From the NCBI GenBank assembly GCA_028534125.1, contig CM052818.1:6760001-6824000 (forward strand): a stretch of DNA of 64,000 nt, in the 5' to 3' direction. Made by a program: the position numbers and the translations under genes. Below, piece by piece: positions 1-13,063 of the stretch. Source of the DNA: Lama glama (taxonomy: Eukaryota). Positions within the stretch are counted from its first letter, which is position 1. Each line of letters starts with the position of its first letter. Under the pieces are notes generated by a model that made no database searches, had not been told where the DNA came from, and saw nothing but the letters and a program-made list of their open reading frames with translations.

Positions 1-120
1 ATACACTTGTTGAAAATTAATTGATCATAAATGTATGGGTTCTTTTTTATGGACTCTCAACGCTATTCCATTGATCTACATGTCTGTCCTTATGCCAGCA
101 GCATGTGTGTTGACTACTGT
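1..120 (-). mobile_element. L1 ORF2-region fragment
   Basis: ttgatcataaatgtatgggtt...ttccattgatctacatgtctgtccttatgccag typical of antisense L1. Confidence 0.65.
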
Positions 121-243
121 CCAGGTAATTGTAAAAAGTAAACTAATTTTAAAAATATTTGAATGAATTTAGCTATATAATATCAAAGGACTTACTAAAG
201 CTCTCTCTGGGGATTATATTCTGTTTTAAATTTTATTAATGCC

Positions 244-739
244 TGTATTAGTTTTCTTTTACTGCTGAAACAAATTACCACAAACTCAGTGGCTTATCAC
301 AAATCAAATTTATTTTCTTCTATATCTGTAGGTTACAAGTCTGACATGGGTTTCACTACGCTTAAATCAAAAGGTGAACAGGGCTAAATTCTCTTCTGGA
401 AGTTCTAGGGGAGAATCTGTTTCTTTGGGCAGCTTTTAGAGGCTCACCTCTTCCTTATTCTTCAAAGCCAGCAGCATTGCATCTCTTTGTTCTGTAGGCA
501 CATCTCCTTCTGAGTCCCTTGTGCCTCCCTCTTCCACATTTAAGGACCCTTGTAATTACGTTGGCCCACCCGGATACTCTAGAATAATCTTATTTTAAGG
601 TCATCTAAATAGCGACCTTAATTCCATTTGCAACCTTAATTCCCCTTTGCTATCTAAGCTAATATCCTCACAGGTTCTGGGGATTAAAATAGGAACATCT
701 TTTCTCGGGAAGGGGAGAACCATTATTCTGCCTACCACA
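244..739 (-). mobile_element. MaLR solo LTR (MLT1C/D-like)
   Basis: tgtattagtttt...caaattaccacaaactcagtggctta...cattattctgcctaccaca termini. Confidence 0.8.
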
Positions 740-1088
740 TTCTCCATCAGATTTTGAGTCATAAAACAATTTTTTTTAATAGTTTACATCGATGTTGGTT
801 AAATGAGTAGCTTTAAGATTATACAGCAAGTGACAAGGGTAGGAGAGGACCCAGGTGTTTCAATTCCCTGTGTGGAGATCCGCTTGCCTCAGGAAATATT
901 TATTGAGCTTTTAGATCATGTGGCATTCTCCCTCACGCTGTTTTAATAAAGGCATTTTGGACTTAACCAGTTTGATGGGTTTTGAGTTCAAGATCTCTGA
1001 CATTTAAATTTTTTAAATAAGTTTCAAAGAAAATTCAGGATGGCTGATTAGTTCTAAAGAGTTTACAGCACAAAACTTACTAATCAAG

Positions 1089-1277
1089 ATAAACAAGATT
1101 ATACTATATAGCACAGGGAAATATATACAAGATCTTGTAGTAGCTCACAGTGAAAAAAAAGTGACAGTGAATATATGTATATTCATGTATAACTGAAAAA
1201 TTGTGCTCTACACTGGAATTTGACACAACATTGTAAAATGACTATAACTCAATAAAAAAAAATGTTAAAAAAAAACC
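1089..1277 (+). mobile_element. Young, 5'-truncated L1 3' end
   Basis: tatagcacagggaaatatatacaagatcttgt...gacacaacattgtaaaatgactataactcaataaaaa; TSD cttactaatcaag at 1076-1088 and 1278-1290. Confidence 0.88.
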
Positions 1278-1639
1278 CTTACTAATCAAGTGAAGTTGAA
1301 AGTTATTCAGCGACAAGGACTGTGTTGCCAAGGCAAGAAATGCTAGAGAGGTTGGTAGGCAAGGAACAAGAGAGGTGGGATGCACTCCAGGTTGGATCGC
1401 CAGTCCTTGCAGGGAGGCTCACAAAATGGACATGTGGCTTTTACAAAAAACAGATGTTATCACACCTGATCTAGGTGCTTTGTTACTAGGGAGGAGCCTG
1501 CGAAAAAGGGAAATGTATCCATGCAACGGCAGCAAGGGAAAATCAGTATGTGACCGACGGGAGGGAGAAAACCACAACTTGTAGAAGAGCGTGTATTAAC
1601 AGAGTTAGTTCATTCATTTCCTCAATCATTCAACGAGCA

Positions 1640-1960
1640 TAAACCCCAGGCACTGCGCTGGAGGTCAAGAACGTGGCACTGAAGGAGGCACGGAAGCCCG
1701 AAGGCAAGACGCCTCCCCGCGGTCAGCTCCGGGCTGGGCGCGGCCTCTCGGAGGAGGGGCGGGGCTGAGAAGGCCGTGTACCTCCGCCTGCCTCCTGCTG
1801 CTGCCCTGGCCGCACTTCTCCGAGTGTCTCCGCCCCATCTTCTTCCGACGGGGCTTGGCTCCTCCCCTCCCTCCAACTACCAGGATAATCCTCAAACCAT
1901 AATGATCCCAAACAGTCCGTTTCGCAGGCTGAACTTTTCAAATAACGATGTCAGGGTGAG
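1640..1960. promoter_or_regulatory. Small orphan CpG-rich island (candidate promoter/enhancer)
   Basis: Local CpG cluster with GGGGCGGGGC GC box (~1756), CCGCCCC (~1830) and an ETS-like CGGAAG (~1691). Confidence 0.5.
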
Positions 1961-2097
1961 GCAGGACTGGTTCGCATGATGGTTAGAAGCAAGGAGAGGA
2001 AGTGGAAGGCACCAGGGGGTGGGGGTGAGGAAGGAGGAGCAAGTACCTTTTATTTTCTGTCCTCTTAAAAGTGTAGTGTTAAAAAAAAAAAAAAAGC

Positions 2098-2320
2098 AAA
2101 GTGGTTAAAATCTGGTGTTTGAAGGTCCAGGTTGCCTGGATTTAAACCTAGGCTTTTCCACTTGCCGCCTGAGCCACCCCAGACACGTCCTTGAACCTCT
2201 CTGTGCCTGTTTTCCCCTTCATAATGCTGGAGGAATAGTTATTTCCTAAGGTTGTAATAATAATATGGAGAAAGCACTTAGAGCAGCACCTCGACTATAA
2301 TGAAGGTTGTTAAGTGTTGG
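2098..2320 (+). mobile_element. MIR SINE
   Basis: gtggttaaaa...cctggatttaaacctaggc...cttgaacctctctgtgcctgttttcc...aaagcacttagagcagcacc. Confidence 0.7.
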
Positions 2321-3773
2321 CTAAAAGCACCATTGGGGGGCCCTCTGCCACTGTGACATCAGGCAGGCCAGCTCAGTTCTCTGTCCTCCTCTGCAGCTCT
2401 GTTCCTGGTGGCCCGTGGGTAGCTCTCAGACAAAACTCAACATACTCGGTGGCCTAACAGCTCTTAGGGAAAACAGTCTAACTTCATACCAAGTGCAAAA
2501 ACGAAGTTTGCATCAAAGGAACAAATCTGCAAAGGGTCGCACGAAAACTGGATTGTAGATAACTCTGAGGTTGTTCTGCAGTGATTTCATTCTTCTTTTC
2601 TCAACTTCCTGCTTCTAGACTTGGCCCAGGAGCCTACCTCTGCCTCACGAAGCCCATTTCAGTGCCTTTCCAACAAGATACATCCTTGGCAGCCCTCCTA
2701 AAATGTGCAAGCAGCTCATTTTAAAATAGAATCCTTCTTTTCTTCGGTCCTTCTGCATTTAGAGTTCAGTGTACTAAGTGGAAAAATAGAATCATCATGG
2801 TTCTTCCTCCCCTCATTTTCTTCCTTTCTCTCTGCCTCAACCCTTTTCTTCTGGGTTTCTCTTCTTCCTCTTTTATTTTCTTTGCTCTTTGTTTCCTTGA
2901 ATTTCTCCTTATGACTCAGAATGAAGCTGATATTGTCCTGAACTCAATATTGTTCTGAACCAGACAGAGGAAACTCTAGGAAACAGGACTTCCTTTTCTG
3001 AACTTGGTGCTTCACTGAGAAAGGAGAGAGGGGAGGTTCTTGGATGAGGAACCAGAGCTGGAGAGAGAAACAACCAAGTCCAGGGAAAAGACATTCCCAG
3101 AGCCAATTAGTTCGTTTTTGGAGCAACTGCTCTCCAGCTCCCCAGGAGAGACCAGATTTAGTTTCTCTTAGATGCAAGATAAAGTGCACAATGCTGGACC
3201 CAAGCGTTTCGCTGGTCTTCAATCCAGCGTCTTTTATCTCTGGGTTTCAGGCTATAGAAGACATTGACTGTTTTTATTCTGTATTGTAAAGTGCCTATCT
3301 CAGCTTGGATCCAAAAATGATTTATTTTGTCGGTTGTTATTTTCTGAGTCATGAAGGGAGGAGTTCCAGTGTTCAGGAAACCAAGAATGGATGAGATTTG
3401 CTTGACCACTGAGCAACCTCTGTCTAAACATGAATCTTTTCAGAGCTATGCCCAAGGGGCTGGTACAGGGTGGGAGTTTGCTCTTAACCTACAGATATCT
3501 CATTTATGTCTGTTGTGGTTAGACTACCAACAGTATTTCAAGGGAAAGAAAATATTTTTAGTTTTTAAGCACAGTTTATTTTGTGTAGGTAGATGTGAAT
3601 AGCACCTTGGAAAAAAGGGATTGCTGTGTGATTAAAACAAAAAATCAAGTTGTTATTTCCTTAATTATTGAATTAATTGAATTCATCTCTGAATCTGATT
3701 GAGTTAGTTTTGAAAACTGGACTGATTTTTTCACCAGTTCAGACAACCATGTTGGGAGTTGGCCTCTTCATCC

Positions 3774-4327
3774 TGTAGAGGAGGAAAAATAATTTTCCCT
3801 CTACCCTTCTGAGTTCTTAGCTGAGACCCCTTTAATAAAGGACTGATTAATGAGAGAAAAGCAAACAACATTTGATTAACATGTATACCGCACGTGTACG
3901 TGGGAGACACCCAGGGGGAGGGGAGTAACTCCCCAAGATGGCTTAGAATTCAGGATTTGATACTGTCTTAGTAGGGAAAGGGGAGAGGGAACGTAGGTCT
4001 CTTAGGGGAGAGTAAATGGTTTTGGGAATAGATGAACTGGCCCTTAGACGAACAGATGGGAGACAGGATAGTTTGTGACAGGGTCTGTGTGGGTGTGATG
4101 ATGACTTACCTCCTCTCCTGTGATAAGAGTCAATCTCTGGTTGATGAAACTCCTGGGGCAGGAGATTTATGACGACTGAGTTCCTTCTGGAGGATCTGTC
4201 TCTAGGCAGACAAGAGAAGTCGGAGAAAGCTTATCCCTGCGTTTGCTGTTTTTCAAGGACCATCAGCTCAAAATAATCAACACACCAAAGTGGCATATTT
4301 GGGGCTGGCGTAGTCTTGCTCCCCTCA
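3774..4327 (-). mobile_element. ERV1-class solo LTR (MER34-like)
   Basis: Right end ccaaagtggcatatttggggctggcgtagtcttgctcccctca is the reverse complement of the start of the LTR at 29652; TG..CA termini. Confidence 0.7.
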
Positions 4328-4984
4328 TCCCTTCAGGGAGTCTATGACCCGGGGTTTGTTAGCTTGCTCATTTAAAACAATGCAAAGGTGTTATCAGATT
4401 CCTTTCATAATTACTCCAGTCTTAAGTAGAGCAAGGGAAAACTAAATTGTCAGATCCACAAGTGTGAAGGAGAGAAACCCTGAAGTGAGAAGGACAAATA
4501 CCATGTGTGGCTTCTGTACCTGTCTCTCTAGGCTGCAGTAAATGCCAGCAGTCAGAGCAGGTCTGCTGATACACTGCTTTCCACACTACACTCCTTGCCT
4601 GTTTTTCCCTCTGTCCATGGCTGCCCCGTCTGGTTTGTCCTCTTCCTGCAGAGTTCTTACCCTTGCAGAGCCCCAGGGCACCTTTCTTGGCCCTGGTCAC
4701 TATCTGCATTCATTCCCCCCGTTATCTCACTCAGTCGTGTGACTTTACATTCCATTCCGGGAGGCAGGAGCGGGCAAACGTGAAGCAACAAGTTGCCTGC
4801 AACTCTCACATGGTTCCTTTAATCAAAGAAAATACAAGCTTATGTACAGAGAGAAATATAAGGCAAATATGGCACGATGTTAATAACTACTGAATGGAGG
4901 TAGAAGGTATATGTACTTAAATATCTGTACAATTCTGTATGTTTATAAATGTATATGTTAAAAGAATGGAAATAAGTAAACATC

Positions 4985-6058
4985 ATTTATAAACTGACAA
5001 CCCCTGCTGCCCAGAGCTCCCTCTTGAGCTCCAGATTCGCACATCGAATCCACTGGCTTCCCCACTTGGAGGTCCAAGTAATACAGCCCCAAACTGAACT
5101 GATCTGCCCTCCTCCTTGCAGAGCTGCTCCATCCTCACTTCCACACCTCAGTTGATGACAATTCCATTTTTTTTTGTAGTTGTTCAGGCCAAAAACCTGG
5201 GAGGTATATTGACTCTTTCTCTCCCAGACCACATCCAGTGCTGCAGGGGGTCCTGTTGGTTCTGTCTGACCACTTCCGCCTCTACCTCCCTACAGCCAGG
5301 TGGAAACCACTCCCTGCCTTTCCTTGCATCGTTGCTGTGGTCTCTCAGTTGGTCTCCCTGTTTCTGCCTTGTCCCCCTCAGTCTGTTCTCAACTGAGAAG
5401 CCAGAGAGACTCTTCAAAAATGAAAAAAAAAAAAGTCCTATATATATATAAATGAATTACTATGCTATACACTTGAAATTAACTATATTTCACTTTTAAA
5501 AAAATGAAGTCCAATCATGTTCCTCCTCTTCTCAAAAGCAGAGTCTCACCCATAGTAAAGAAGGAAAGAGTAGAGGCTGAAAGCCTTCCACAGCCCCAGG
5601 CCCTACGTGGTCTCCATCCATTTCCCTCCTGGCTCACTTTTCTCCAGTCACCCTGGCCGCCCTGCTGTTTCTGGAATGAGCCAAAATGCTCCTGCCTTCC
5701 CGGAATTCTATACCAGCTGCCACCCCTTCCCGGAAGGCTATGGCCCCAAACGTTTACACATTTTCCAAGTCTTTGCTTACAGTAACCTCTTAACAAAGCT
5801 TACCCTTGTGATTGCACCCTGCTCTTCCCCACAGGCCAGGTCTGTCTGACCCTGCTCTTATTTCCCTGTGGCACTTGTCACCTTCTAACACACTCCCTAT
5901 TTCACTCATGTGTTTATCACCGTCTCTCCTGCTTGAATGTCAGCTTGGTGAGGATGGGGATGTTTTGCTTGCTGTTAAATACCCCGTGACTAGAATCCTT
6001 CCCGGCCCAATATGGGGCCTGGAAGGCAGTAAATAATTTGTCAAATAAATGAATTGAG
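4985..6058 (+). mobile_element. L2 LINE 3' region (interrupted by a small L1 tail at ~5420-5505)
   Basis: caggccaaaaacctgggag...ccacatccagt...cttgaatgtcagcttggtgaggatggg...aataatttgtcaaataaatgaa. Confidence 0.7.
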
Positions 6059-7570
6059 TGTAGAGTGGCACTTTGGGTGTATTTCTTGAGCGGAGAACCT
6101 ATAGTGTGAACTTTAATAGGCCATAAATTAAACTGAAGTCAAAACTCTTTTAAGTCCAGAATCTGCACTCCCCCTCCTTTCACTCCAGCTTGTTCTTTAT
6201 TGTCCCACTACAATGGTGCAGTGCTGTCTGTGAATGGCCTCCTCCATGAATGATTTCATTGTTCCTTTTACTCCATGTGTTGCAGTTCTTGGAACTTGTA
6301 TCAGTTCAGCTGTTTCATTCAACAGTACTTCCTTAAGGTGAAACATTACTCAATATGTGAGAGTCGATGTGAGTTAAAGTCAGAATAAGAATAATCTCCC
6401 TTTGAACTGGCAGAATTTAACAAGTGTCCGGTGGGATGTGAAGGTGCACCTTTGATATCCATTTTCCCTAAAAGTCATCCCCACCTCTACGTTCAATAAC
6501 AAGTCAGTTTCTTCCTAAATGGTATTAGTCTCTCGGACCCATATGAAAAATTTCCTTTTGATAACATAATAGATTTTACCCAAACTTTCTTGATGGATTC
6601 CTTACACAGGAGAATCATTATGCTTCCAGAAAGGGCCATTTATGTCATGTGACACTCTTCTTCTCTGTAGTAATTCTGCTGCTAAAAATAGCCTGTTCCA
6701 GAAGATGGCCCCACTTTTTTCTAGCTTCACCATGTTCATAGACATTTTAAATGCCTATCTTGGTTCCTTGAACTAAATCTCATAGTTTTAAATGGAGGAA
6801 AGCCCACTGGTAATGGATTAGAATAAGTGCATCTTATTCTGCCTATTCCATTGCCTCCCTTTCTGTTAGAGCATGAAAATTGGTGAATTCAGAGAGAAAA
6901 GACAGCTAATATAAAGCAGTAGGTGGGAATGAATTGTACAGAAGTAAGTTGAACAGAGATTTTAAAAACATCTGACCCCTGAGAGAGAGAATGATAAAGT
7001 TAATGTGGCAAAACCTTCACAGTTGGTAAATCTGGGCAAAGGGTATCTGGGAGTTCTTTGCACAGTTCTTGAAGCTTTTTTTCTGAGTTTAGAATTATTT
7101 CAGAATAAAGACTTTTTTTTTTTAAAGGTTTGATCCCTTTGGGCTAAATATTAGTAAACAAGGCATCAGCATGTATTAAGCATGTAGCAGTCGCTGGGGA
7201 TACAGAAAGATGAGTAACATTCAGATCTTGTCCACATATTGTTCACAGTCCAGAAGGGGAGGGAGACTTGTAAAGAGATGTCACAGGATAATAAAGCAGG
7301 GCATCTCTGTCTCTGCTTCAGCTGAGGTACCTGTGAATAGGTACCAGCGTAATAAAGCAAGCTGATGATAATAGTCCCCTCCCCCCAAGCAGATTTTACA
7401 TAGGGAATGAAAAGTAACTTGTTTTACAATTCTGAAACTCCTGAGCCACAGCCCCTCATCGGGGAGAGGGCCCAGTCCCATACAAGAGGGTTGGAACGCG
7501 ACCTTCTTAATCCCATGCTTGAGGGGGACTCCCAGCGGATACCTTGGCGGGCTTTCAAATGTGTTTCTTC

Positions 7571-7751
7571 GCAGGAAACCAACAGAAAACAAAAACCCAG
7601 ATGGCAGACTTAAGCCCTAACATGTTGTTAATGTAAATGGTCTAAATGCACCAGTTGAAACACAGGGCTTGGTCGAGTCCATAAAATACATGACCCGACT
7701 AGATACCGTCCACAAGGAACTCACTTCAAAGATGACCACACAGGTGTCCTG
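7571..7751 (+). mobile_element. L1 fragment covering the start of ORF2 (endonuclease)
   Basis: atggcagacttaagccc...aatgtaaatggtctaaatgcacca (NVNGLNAP)...catgacccgact...caaggaactcacttcaaa. Confidence 0.7.
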
Positions 7752-9920
7752 AAATGTGTTTCTTCCAGGTGGCAGCTGCAGAACTCAGGCCTGCTCCAGC
7801 ATACCGCGGAGCAGGGTTTGATTCCCATCCCGGGCAACACAGTGCGTGAGAGAGGGGGCGCTTCTTTGGTAGTGTGCTCAGGAGACTGCCCTGCATTGGA
7901 ATCGCCCTGCACTTCCTGTGTCCTGTCCGGTAGGACTGACTGCCTAGAACAGAAGAGGCTGGAAGGGGCCCCGGAGGCCAAGGGGCTGAGGATGGAGGCA
8001 CATGTGACTCTCCAGAGGAGCAGCCCATCCTCTTGGGCAAGGAAATGGTGAGAAAGGGGCCCATTCACCTCTCCTCCAGACCCCAACCCTGGCACTAAGG
8101 AAGGGAGTGAGCAAAAATAGAGCAGGAAGACCTCAGTTCTCCATCCTGGTGCAGTAGGAAGATATGCCCCACTTTAGGCTCTGGGTTTTGATGATTATGG
8201 GAAACTGGACATTCTAATTTCTGAATTGAGCCTCTGTTTGCTACTTAAGTTGACTGCAGGTAGAGCGAACATAAGTCTATTTTGTAAGGCTGAGCAGAGA
8301 CATCGCAGGCCAAGTGGAATTTCCAGCTAGTGCTGGGAGAAGAGGAACTCCACTGAGTAAAAAATGATAGCATTTTTATGAATATTGATTCTATCAAGAA
8401 ATTATGGTTAATTTTTTAAAGAGTGACAGTAATATCATGATAATGTTTTTAAACTTCTGTATCATTTGGAAATACATCCTGAGGTATTTGTAGATGGAAT
8501 GACATGAAGTCTGGTATTTCTTTTGAATAATACTGTTGAGGCGAGGAAGTGGGTGCAGGGATAGGTGAACAGTCTTGGCCATGAGTTGATAATTGTTGAA
8601 GCTGGGTGATGGGGACATGTGTATCATTCTCTCTACTTTGATATATGTGAAAATCCCACTATATAAAGGTAAAGAAGAAGAAGAGTGGAAGAAATAAAGT
8701 TAGGTTTTGATCACAATCTATGTGTGGTGCTTGCTTAACCTACTGGTTTGATGGGCAAATTTAACATATGATGCTAAGGGCATAAGATAGAAACAAAGGG
8801 TGATATCAGCTCAAAACAGAGAACACCTCATGCAGGGGAATTAAGAATGCTTTACACAAGTGGGCTATTTGTTTGGGGTCTAGAATGTTGAGTAGGAGTT
8901 TCTAGGCCAGAAGTAGGGGGTGGCATTGCAGATGGAAGAAAATTGTCCTGTTCTAAGACAGGGCTGTGAAGGCGCACGGTGCGTTCAGGGGATGGTGGCA
9001 AGCCTAATATAGCCACAGTGAAGGATGTGTGGGTGGGAGGTCGGGAATGGGGACCAGTAAGGATGGGGTAGGCTTTGAAAAGCCTTGTATACCATGTTGG
9101 GGAGTTTGCATCATATCCTGTAGCAGATAGGAGAGAGTCTGCAGAGACTTTCAAACAGGAGAGTTACATGATTCAATTAGATTATATTTTAAACAGAGAA
9201 ACCCTAGTGACAGAGGGAATGAAAAATGTCCCACTGGGCGGTGAGGCCAGGGACAAGGAGACCAACAGGGAAGTTATTGCCGCAGAACAGAGCACACAGG
9301 AAGGGCAATAACAGAGCCAAATGGAGTCTTAGCAGAGCCTGTGGCATCATTTCATCCTGTCTTCTAAGTAATTATTCTTTCTCCCTGACTTCCACAAACA
9401 AGCCAGTCATTCCTCACTAGAAAACCCCTCTAAACTCTCAAGCCACTTAACAACAACAAAGGCAGAACATAGAAAATCCAGAAGCTGAAAGGACAGGACA
9501 GGGAAGAAGACCAGGTAAACTGTGTGTTGGACACACACATCACTTGTTTTCTGTCTGAACGTGTTATAGGGACTAGGCACACAGAAGGTAATTACTAACT
9601 AATCTGGGGGGCAGCCAGATAGTATGTCTTCTGTTCTTAAACAAGACAAATGATAAAGACAGTTAGGGATCTGGATATTGAGATAAAATTTACTAAACTG
9701 AAAAGATAGAGAACATTGACTGAAAAAAAGAAAAGCAGGTTACAGAACAGCATGTAAAACATAATCTAATTTTAGTTAATAATTACAAAGGTAAAGATTT
9801 CGAATATGCACTCATGTGATGATCTCTGGTCTTTATTTTTGCTCACTTGCATTTCAGTTTTTTCCCTGCATATATTACTACATCTGTAATAAAAAGAGGT
9901 CATTTAAAAGATGTGACAGT

Positions 9921-10010
9921 GGGGTTGTGGGTGTAGCTCAGTGGCAGAGTACATGTTTAGCACGCATGAGGTCCTGGGTCCAATCCCCAGCACCTCTGTT
10001 AAAAAAAACA
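9921..10010 (+). mobile_element. Vic-1-type tRNA-derived SINE (short form)
   Basis: gggtgtagctcagtggcagag (A box)...gaggtcctgggtccaatcccc (B box), A tail. Confidence 0.85.
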
Positions 10011-10744
10011 GTTAGACTTTTTTTTTTTTTACCTTAATAGGCTGGACCCAGCTTCCTTTCCTCTCCCAATGATTTCTTACAGTGTATTCACTATAAAAAA
10101 ATACTGCCACACGAAAAGAAAATATTTAATTGGTTTAATTGTGAGAGGAATTCAACCTCATGTATAACACCCCTAAGTTAGTTATTCATTGAAATTAATG
10201 CATGTTGCACTGAATGATGTTTAACAGAGTACGGACAGCTTATGAACAGCAATTCTGTTTGTGCTTCAGTTTATCTTCCAGTGGCTTATTCACCGTTATC
10301 TATTTTGTGACTATTCAAGAAATACTTGTTGATGATTATGTGACGGAAAAGTAAAGTTAGATTTGATCTTTCTGTTCCATCAGCACTACAGTTTGGAGAC
10401 CAACTTGTGTGTTTCTGTCCTCATTTTCATTTTATTCTGTGGTGGAAGCAGATGACCCAGTTACTGCTTCCTGATTTTGAAGTAATTATAAGGCATTAGT
10501 GCTATTGCTATTTCTACTTCTAATAGTTCTATAACACAGAAATAGCAGTAGACTCAAGACTAGCACATGTGAATTCTAGTTCCAGTTCAGTCACTAACTA
10601 GCTTGGTTTTTCACATATTTGAGCAAGGGTTCCTCCCAGCCCCCAAATTCCATGATCCATGAAACATTGCTGTTTTATATTCTTTCCAAAATGAGATTTT
10701 TCTAAGCCAGAACTTTCTGTTTTCCAACTTTTTGTTTTCTTTTT

Positions 10745-11373
10745 CAAGATTTTTTTTTTTTAGTTATTCAGGGTTCCTTACAATTCCATATGAATTTTAG
10801 TATCAGTTTTTTTGTATCTGCAAAAAAGACTGTTGAGATTTTGATATGGAATCTGTAGATCATGTTGGGTAGCATTGCCATGTTAACAATATTAAGTCTT
10901 CCAAATCATAAACAAAGTATATCTTTCTATTTATTTAGATTTTCTTTAATTTCTTTCAGCAATGTTTAATTTTTTTTAGTTTTCATTGTACAATTCTTGT
11001 ATTTCCTTAAATTTGTTCCTAAGTATTTTATTCCCTCTGGTTTTATTGCAAATGGGATTGTTTTCTTAATTTCATTTTTGGTTTGTTCATTGCTACTGTA
11101 TGGAAATATGACTAATTTTTGTGTGTTGATCTTGCATCCTGTAACTTTGCTGCATTCATGTATTAGTTCTAATGGTTTTGTGTGTGTGTGTGGTTTCTGT
11201 AGGATTTTCTATGTGTATGGTCACGTCTTCTGCAAATAAACATAGTTTTACCTCTTTCTTTCCAATTTGAATGCCATATATTTCTTTTTCTGTTTAATTA
11301 CTCTGACTAGAACTTCTAGTACAGTATCAAACAGAAGTGGTGAAAGTAGGCATTCTTGTCTTGTTCCCAATCT
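10745..11373 (-). mobile_element. L1 ORF2 (RT region) fragment
   Basis: ttccatatgaattttagtatcag...aatctgtagatc...ttaacaatattaagtcttcc...aaaagtaggcattcttgtcttgttcc-like antisense L1 sequence. Confidence 0.85.
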
Positions 11374-12909
11374 TACAACAGTCTTATTTGAGAAAAAGCG
11401 TGGGGAGATGGAAAATCTGATTTGAAGCTTTGAGTGCGTACATGGACCTCACTGACCGAGATGCTCTGCAGTTGACTCCCAGTTAGTTGGGAGACCTTCA
11501 GTGTCATTACCTTTAGGTGTCTCTGCTCTGCTAAATACCTTGTCTCCTGCTCTCCAGCTTCCAAAACTGTGTTGCTGTTGTCTCTTCTTCCATTCTTCCT
11601 GTCCTGGTGGGTTTATGCCTTGAAAAAAAGAAATCCCTTTACAATGTATTGCTATTGTTTTATTGGGAAAAAGTATTTACCATCTTTCCTGGAACTCTAG
11701 GACTGAATTAACAGGTTTTGCGCCAGCTGCTGAGTTTCTGATTCATACACTCAGGACTAATTCAGTTCCATGGATAAAATATGCTTTTCACTTTTCAATA
11801 GACTTTCAAAGTTTGAAATGGCATGAACTTTCTCTTTAGATCTTTTAATAACCCAGAGACACTGCTGACATGACCTACTGGCCCTGACAGGAGTTGTGGT
11901 GGGCTGTGCCATGGAAACATTGGAGCTATCCAGCAACGTGGAGGAGTTAGTCACCAGCTAAGGGGAGCCTCCAGTATGGTTTCCATCTGCACTATTTTTG
12001 TGCTCTTTTTGCTTATCTATACCACAAAATAAACTCAAATTACAAAAACTACTTGTGAATTGGCCTTATATCACATCAGAAAAAGCCCTTCTGGTAATCT
12101 AGTTCATCAGAGAGCTGCGGCACCAGGAAGCCACGAAAGGGCCCTCAGCAGACCTGTTTTTAGACACTTGTCTTCTGATCGTGGCTGGAAGTCATTGGTT
12201 CCCTGGTTCCAGGGCAAGGGCTCTGAGCCCTGACTGCACATGACAATCATCTAGAACTTAAAAATAAAGAGGAAATAAAAACTTGTCTTCGGTCCTCACT
12301 CCAAACCAATTAATTCAGAATGCCTGGGGATGGAGCGTGATGGACAGTGGTATTTTTCTAAGGTCCTCTGGTAATTCTAAAGCACAGCAGCGTTAACAGT
12401 CCTGATGTAAGGGGCTGCTGGAAGGAAGCGCTTTGCTGAAGCTTTGGGGGCTTCTCCAGAGCTTGGTAAGACATCTCCTCTAGATGGGGCTAAGCCAGAG
12501 GAACCCAGGCCACCTCAGTTCAACCCGGAGAGTTGGGAGATGAAGCAACAAGATCTTTTGATACTTTTCCTTCTGAGGAAATTGTCTGACCTATGCATGC
12601 TTGTTAAGGACTTCTCCCTTGAGTGTGGCAAGGAGTGCTGAGGAATTATACGACAGTCCTGGCTTCACATTCTTGAGCAGGTACTGTAGTATCTGTTATT
12701 AGCCTCAGTTTCCTCATATATAAAAAAGAGGATCAGAGTTTCCTAGTGCTCAATGGACAGCAGCTCTTCCATTGTTCAAAAAGTAAAAATAAAATAAAAG
12801 GCAAAATAAGAGCTTAGAAATGGTACTACCAAGCTCAGAGCTACGAAGAGCTCTGAGCAGCTGTGTCTGGCAGGGAGGTTGCAAGGATGGTGTCGCATCA
12901 CAGGGCTTT

Positions 12910-13063
12910 GCACACTAATGTTCCCACCAATCACCTGGGGATTGTGTTAGGATGCAGATTCTGATTCAGGAGGTCTGAAGTGGGCCTGAGAAGCTGCATT
13001 TCTAACGAGCTGTAGGTGAAGCTGATGCTGCCAGTCTGGGGACCACACCTTGAAGAGTAAAGC
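12910..13063. mobile_element. MER5A-like hAT-Charlie DNA transposon
   Basis: aatcacctggggattgtgttaggatgcagattctgattcagg...gctgcatttctaacgagct...ggaccacaccttga. Confidence 0.7.

Noticed and set aside
7721..8095. Overlapping 77-124 aa ORFs in a GC-richer patch
   Set aside because: No recognisable homology or exon structure; non-ATG starts.
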